The notes beneath the pieces were generated by a model. It searched no databases and was not told where the DNA came from. It saw only the letters and a list, made by a program, of their open reading frames with translations. Positions 46,964 to 49,961 of a DNA stretch of 49,961 nucleotides are shown one piece after another. The stretch spans positions 1 through 49,961 of the forward strand of contig JBDREB010000019.1 of the NCBI GenBank assembly GCA_043820325.1. Direction: 5' to 3'. The position numbers were made by a program, and so were the translations under genes. This DNA comes from Planctomycetota bacterium. Lineage in GTDB: Bacteria > Planctomycetota > JBDREB01. The stretch's first letter is position 1. Each line of letters starts with the position of its first letter.

Positions 46964-47000
46964 GCGCGGTTTCCGCGCTTATATAACCGCGCGCGGTTAT
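46964..47000 (-). terminator. Two GC hairpins right after the COG2865-type gene (possible terminator)
   Basis: ATAACCGCG/CGCGGTTAT perfect 18-nt palindrome (46983..47000) and GCGCGG-TTT-CCGCGC (46964..46978). No clear U-run on the minus-strand RNA. Confidence 0.3.
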
Positions 47001-47001
47001 T

Positions 47002-48693
47002 TTATGCGCGACGCTCATACCACGCCCCTTTTTTGATTCCGTGGCGAACCAATGTTCCGTCTTCGGCCAGTCTCGTGAGAAGGCGGTAAGCCTGGTCCGG
47101 GGACAGCCGACACAACTCCGCCGCCTCCCGCCGCGTAATCCGCCCGTGTTTTTCCGCGTATTGCAGTACCATCTGCACCTGCTGCAGCGGTTCGAACCCC
47201 CGTTGGCGTACATACGCGGCCTTGTCGCCCAACGCTCTATAGGCGGCGGCCGACAGGTGCCAGATGCGGCCTTTGTTTCGGCCGCGGTCTTCAACAAGGC
47301 CCGCTTCCACCAACTTGCGCAGGATTGCACGGGCTTCGGATTCCGGTTTTTGGGTCAGGCGGGCGGTTTCTTCGGTGGGCAGGCTTCGGTCACGCCACAG
47401 GGCATTGAGTACAAGCATATCATCCAGGCCCAATTCGCGTCCGTTTTGCGCCTCGGTGACCAGCATGCGGACAAATTCCAGATTGGCTTTGCCGCCGGGA
47501 ATGTTTACGACGACACCGGTATGGTCACTGCGGTCATACGACGGCGCCGGGCGGCCATTGCGGAGTTGTTCGTAATAAATGGTGTCTATGCCCCGGGCCG
47601 TTCGTTCCACGATGCCGGCGCGTTTGAAGGCATCCGCCAGCAGCGGGTTGCGCGGTCGCGGGGCGGTGACCAGCAGGTTGTCCAGGCGCACGCCTTCCGG
47701 GAAACCGCCCGGATTGCTGATCGCGATATGGTCCTGATGCCACTGGAAGTGCACCGCGCCCAGCCGCAGGTAGTCGCGGTGGATGAGGGCATTGGCCAGG
47801 GCTTCGCGGAGCGCCCGTTCCGGGTAGTCGGGTATGCCCACACGCAGCATGCCGACCATGAGTTCCTGCTCGCGGTTGCGGGCGCGGATGCGGCCTTCGA
47901 TCTCCTCCATGACCCGTACAAGGGGCCATGTAAAAAAGTCGTTTACTTCCACATCAATCCCACGCATCACCTGGAATGCGGTTTCATGGCTGGGGAGATG
48001 ACGGCGGATTATGTTTTCCTTGCCGAAGAGCAATATGGCCGCAAGGCGTATACCGCGGACCGATCCGTTGGCATCTATGACACCCAGGGCTTTGGCGAGT
48101 TCCATGTCGGGAAGTTCGAGCAGGGATTCGTCACTGCGGCCCCGCCGCTCGCGGACACTGCGACGGTAGCGCTCGAATTCCAGCGGGTCAAGATCCTCCC
48201 ACCGCACCGAAGCGACGATCTGCGCCGAAGGGTCGAGCAGGCCGCGGTCCGCCTGGAACGATTGGACCGCATACGCATCCATCGGCAGGCATGCCGGCTT
48301 GCCATCGCCGCCGATGGTCCGGCGCAAAAACACACCGTCGCTTGTGCCCACCAGTTGCCGTGTGGCCGGGATCTCAATAACCAGCACCGGGTGGCCATCG
48401 ACGGGAACCGTTTCCACGCTTACGGTCAAAGGCGACCGCGTACGACCGGCGATCATCGCGGCCAATTTGCCGGGATCCGTGGCTTTATCGTGCCGCGAAC
48501 GGGCGCCGGTGATACGGCCGTCCTTTTCGATGCCGATCAGGAGATACCCGGGCTCTGTGCCGGGTCGATTGGCCAGGCAGACAACGGCTTCAACCAGGTC
48601 GTGATCATTCAGGGGTGCTTTCTGTTCACCCTTGAACTCGACCGCCAGGGTTTCACCGGCTGCGATCAGACGCCCCAATGTTTCCGGGGTCAT
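47002..48693 (-). CDS. COG2865-type protein: AlbA_2 (Schlafen-like) N-domain + HATPase_c_4 + C-terminal winged-helix domains
   Basis: N-terminal [11 protein letters not shown]... (AlbA_2 signature E-x-L-E-F-K); central [45 protein letters not shown]; C-terminal wHTH-like repeats. Its ATG overlaps the upstream stop codon (ATGA). Confidence 0.8.
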   Translation of the reverse strand: MTPETLGRLIAAGETLAVEFKGEQKAPLNDHDLVEAVVCLANRPGTEPGYLLIGIEKDGRITGARSRHDKATDPGKLAAMIAGRTRSPLTVSVETVPVDGHPVLVIEIPATRQLVGTSDGVFLRRTIGGDGKPACLPMDAYAVQSFQADRGLLDPSAQIVASVRWEDLDPLEFERYRRSVRERRGRSDESLLELPDMELAKALGVIDANGSVRGIRLAAILLFGKENIIRRHLPSHETAFQVMRGIDVEVNDFFTWPLVRVMEEIEGRIRARNREQELMVGMLRVGIPDYPERALREALANALIHRDYLRLGAVHFQWHQDHIAISNPGGFPEGVRLDNLLVTAPRPRNPLLADAFKRAGIVERTARGIDTIYYEQLRNGRPAPSYDRSDHTGVVVNIPGGKANLEFVRMLVTEAQNGRELGLDDMLVLNALWRDRSLPTEETARLTQKPESEARAILRKLVEAGLVEDRGRNKGRIWHLSAAAYRALGDKAAYVRQRGFEPLQQVQMVLQYAEKHGRITRREAAELCRLSPDQAYRLLTRLAEDGTLVRHGIKKGAWYERRA

Positions 48694-48998
48694 GGCGCCT
48701 CTTTCCAGAAACCGAGGCCACGGAGGTTTTTAACGATTTCTTTATCCAGCTTTGCGGCTTCAGATTGCTGGTCGCGCAACTGGGCTATGAGCCGCTTCAT
48801 CTTGGCCTCGAAAGGTTCGCCGTCATCCTCCTGCGTCTCCGCGCACCGGACCGTGATCCCGCTGGGCGGGTGGACCATCCGCACCGCCGTCTCCACCTTG
48901 TTGCGGTGCTGGCCGCCCGGACCCGAGGCGCGGTAGAACGCCAGCTCCACCTCGCGCGCGAGTTTGTCAAGGTCGGTCGTATACCGGGGCATGGCCAT
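48690..48998 (-). CDS. Chimeric ORF: ArfB GGQ N-domain fused to an unrelated C-terminus (possibly a rearrangement remnant or pseudogene)
   Basis: About the first 56 aa are near-identical to arfB at 46466..46810 (GGQ kept). After ...VRCAET it continues [47 protein letters not shown] instead of the basic tail. Confidence 0.6.
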   Translation of the reverse strand: MAMPRYTTDLDKLAREVELAFYRASGPGGQHRNKVETAVRMVHPPSGITVRCAETQEDDGEPFEAKMKRLIAQLRDQQSEAAKLDKEIVKNLRGLGFWKEAP

Positions 48999-49083
48999 CC
49001 TCCGTCAATGGATCGGCCCCATTATACGGGCCGGCCGATGATTGCAAGACTAAAACGGCAACCTCGGCCATGGCAGAGGTTCG
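48833..49083. repeat. Direct repeat copy 2 (see 46651..46901)
   Basis: See copy 1. The inner boundary of similarity is at about 48833, inside the chimeric ORF. Confidence 0.85.
49021..49047 (-). promoter_or_regulatory. Sigma70-like promoter copy upstream of the chimeric GGQ ORF
   Basis: Minus strand reads TTGCAA-tcatcggccggcccg-TATAAT (15-nt spacer). Confidence 0.45.
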
Positions 49084-49280
49084 AGACCAACTTCCGGCCT
49101 TGTCATCGGCCAACATCGCCTTGCATTTCCTTACCGCGGCCTGCGGCCGCAACCAAAGGCCGGCATACGGCATACAGTTTTGATTCGGACCGTAAGAGCC
49201 GGTCGTCCCGCTTCACCCAACCCCCACCGGCAGCCCGGGCGTGTTTCATGCCTCGGGACGCCCTTTGCGGATGCCCGGCC

Positions 49281-49541
49281 TTATCGCTTGATCCCCAGCT
49301 TCTGGCGCATATCCCGGGCGAAGATGCCGCCTTCACGCTTATGGCGCCGACGGGATCCCTCGACAATGCTCATGAATTCGGGATTCAGGGAAAGCGATAT
49401 GGTCTCCCAGTCGGTGTTGTGGATATCAAGCAGTGCCGCGACCGGTTTCCCCTGCCGGGTGAACACCACCGGCGACTTCCTGCTCCGGCTGACATACTCG
49501 GCCACGCTGGCCTTGGCTTCCTTCATTTCGACCCGGGTCAT
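49281..49541 (-). CDS. Type II antitoxin, Phd/YefM family
   Basis: MTRVEMKEAKASVAEYVSRSRKSPVVFTRQGKPVAALLDI...NPEFMSIVEGSRRRHKREGGI; 86 aa. Its ATG overlaps the toxin stop (ATGA). Confidence 0.75.
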   Translation of the reverse strand: MTRVEMKEAKASVAEYVSRSRKSPVVFTRQGKPVAALLDIHNTDWETISLSLNPEFMSIVEGSRRRHKREGGIFARDMRQKLGIKR

Positions 49542-49885
49542 AGTGCGATTTCCTTTCCGCCAATGACGATCTTTCCGCGGATTTTAAGCCCGACCGCACG
49601 GATACAAACACGCCGCATCGGCTCCGTTTCGACATCATAATACACGCGTAGTGCGCCGATGCGCAATTCCCAGGGCGCGACTGGATTCGGTCGCATGCGT
49701 TTCCTGTTGCGCGTTTCCACATCCGGTTGAAATATCAGGCGATCATCAACCGCATCAAGAATGCATACCTGGTCGCGCTTCCGCAAACATTTCAAATGGT
49801 CGCCGGCGGTTGGAGAATACTCCACTTCAGATTTCCTGATCCCTGTGGGGTGGACTGATGGTTTTCCGGAACGGGTTTGGCGCAT
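49538..49885 (-). CDS. Type II toxin, RelE/ParE superfamily
   Basis: ...PWELRIGALRVYYDVETEP.RRVCIRAVGLK...; 115 aa. Located upstream of the antitoxin. Confidence 0.7.
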   Translation of the reverse strand: MRQTRSGKPSVHPTGIRKSEVEYSPTAGDHLKCLRKRDQVCILDAVDDRLIFQPDVETRNRKRMRPNPVAPWELRIGALRVYYDVETEPMRRVCIRAVGLKIRGKIVIGGKEIAL

Positions 49886-49961
49886 TTTCCGCGTGACAAA
49901 TGGGCTGCGGCGGCTATCCTTTCTGGGGTCTGACTTCAGGATGATTGGTCATGCACCAGAT

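Noticed and set aside
49060-49095. tRNA-like T-arm (GAGGTTCGAGACC) as a possible tRNA fragment or integration site.
   Set aside because: The flanking bases do not form a T-stem or an acceptor stem. The paralogous copy at 46884..46905 diverges exactly there.

Overview
GC-rich bacterial chromosomal segment. Every gene I can support lies on the minus strand. From high to low coordinates it contains four blocks. (1) A small accessory patch: a RelE/ParE-Phd pair, a chimeric GGQ-domain ORF, a COG2865/AlbA_2-type gene, arfB, a dense repeat field and a metallophosphoesterase. (2) An LPS-type cluster: a lipoprotein, a GT9 heptosyltransferase, a TIM-barrel-like protein and an LpxL-type acyltransferase. 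(3) An uninterrupted translation/transcription super-cluster: tRNA-Thr, tuf, rpmG, tRNA-Trp, secE, nusG, rplKAJL, rpoBC, rpsLG, fusA and the S10, spc and alpha operons. (4) Two tandem groES-groEL pairs, dnaJ, grpE, an FmdB-type zinc-ribbon gene, asd and truA. The core genes are ordinary. The unusual signals are elsewhere. First, a partial duplication of arfB forms 251-bp direct repeats around a 1.9-kb cargo and creates a GGQ chimera that is translationally coupled to a Schlafen-like AlbA_2 gene. Second, there is a family of elements bounded by a conserved 17-19 nt inverted repeat, with a compensatory C/G swap between copies. Third, strict 8-mer and 7-mer tandem arrays abut stop codons. Fourth, a 134-bp near-identical structured repeat follows two adjacent genes. 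Fifth, several candidate operators and promoters are present. I saw no rRNA, CRISPR array, transposase or integrase. CDS coordinates come from the ORF track, with starts trimmed where stated. All other coordinates were counted by hand and may be off by 1-2 nt. No database search was possible, so family calls rest on motifs I recognise.
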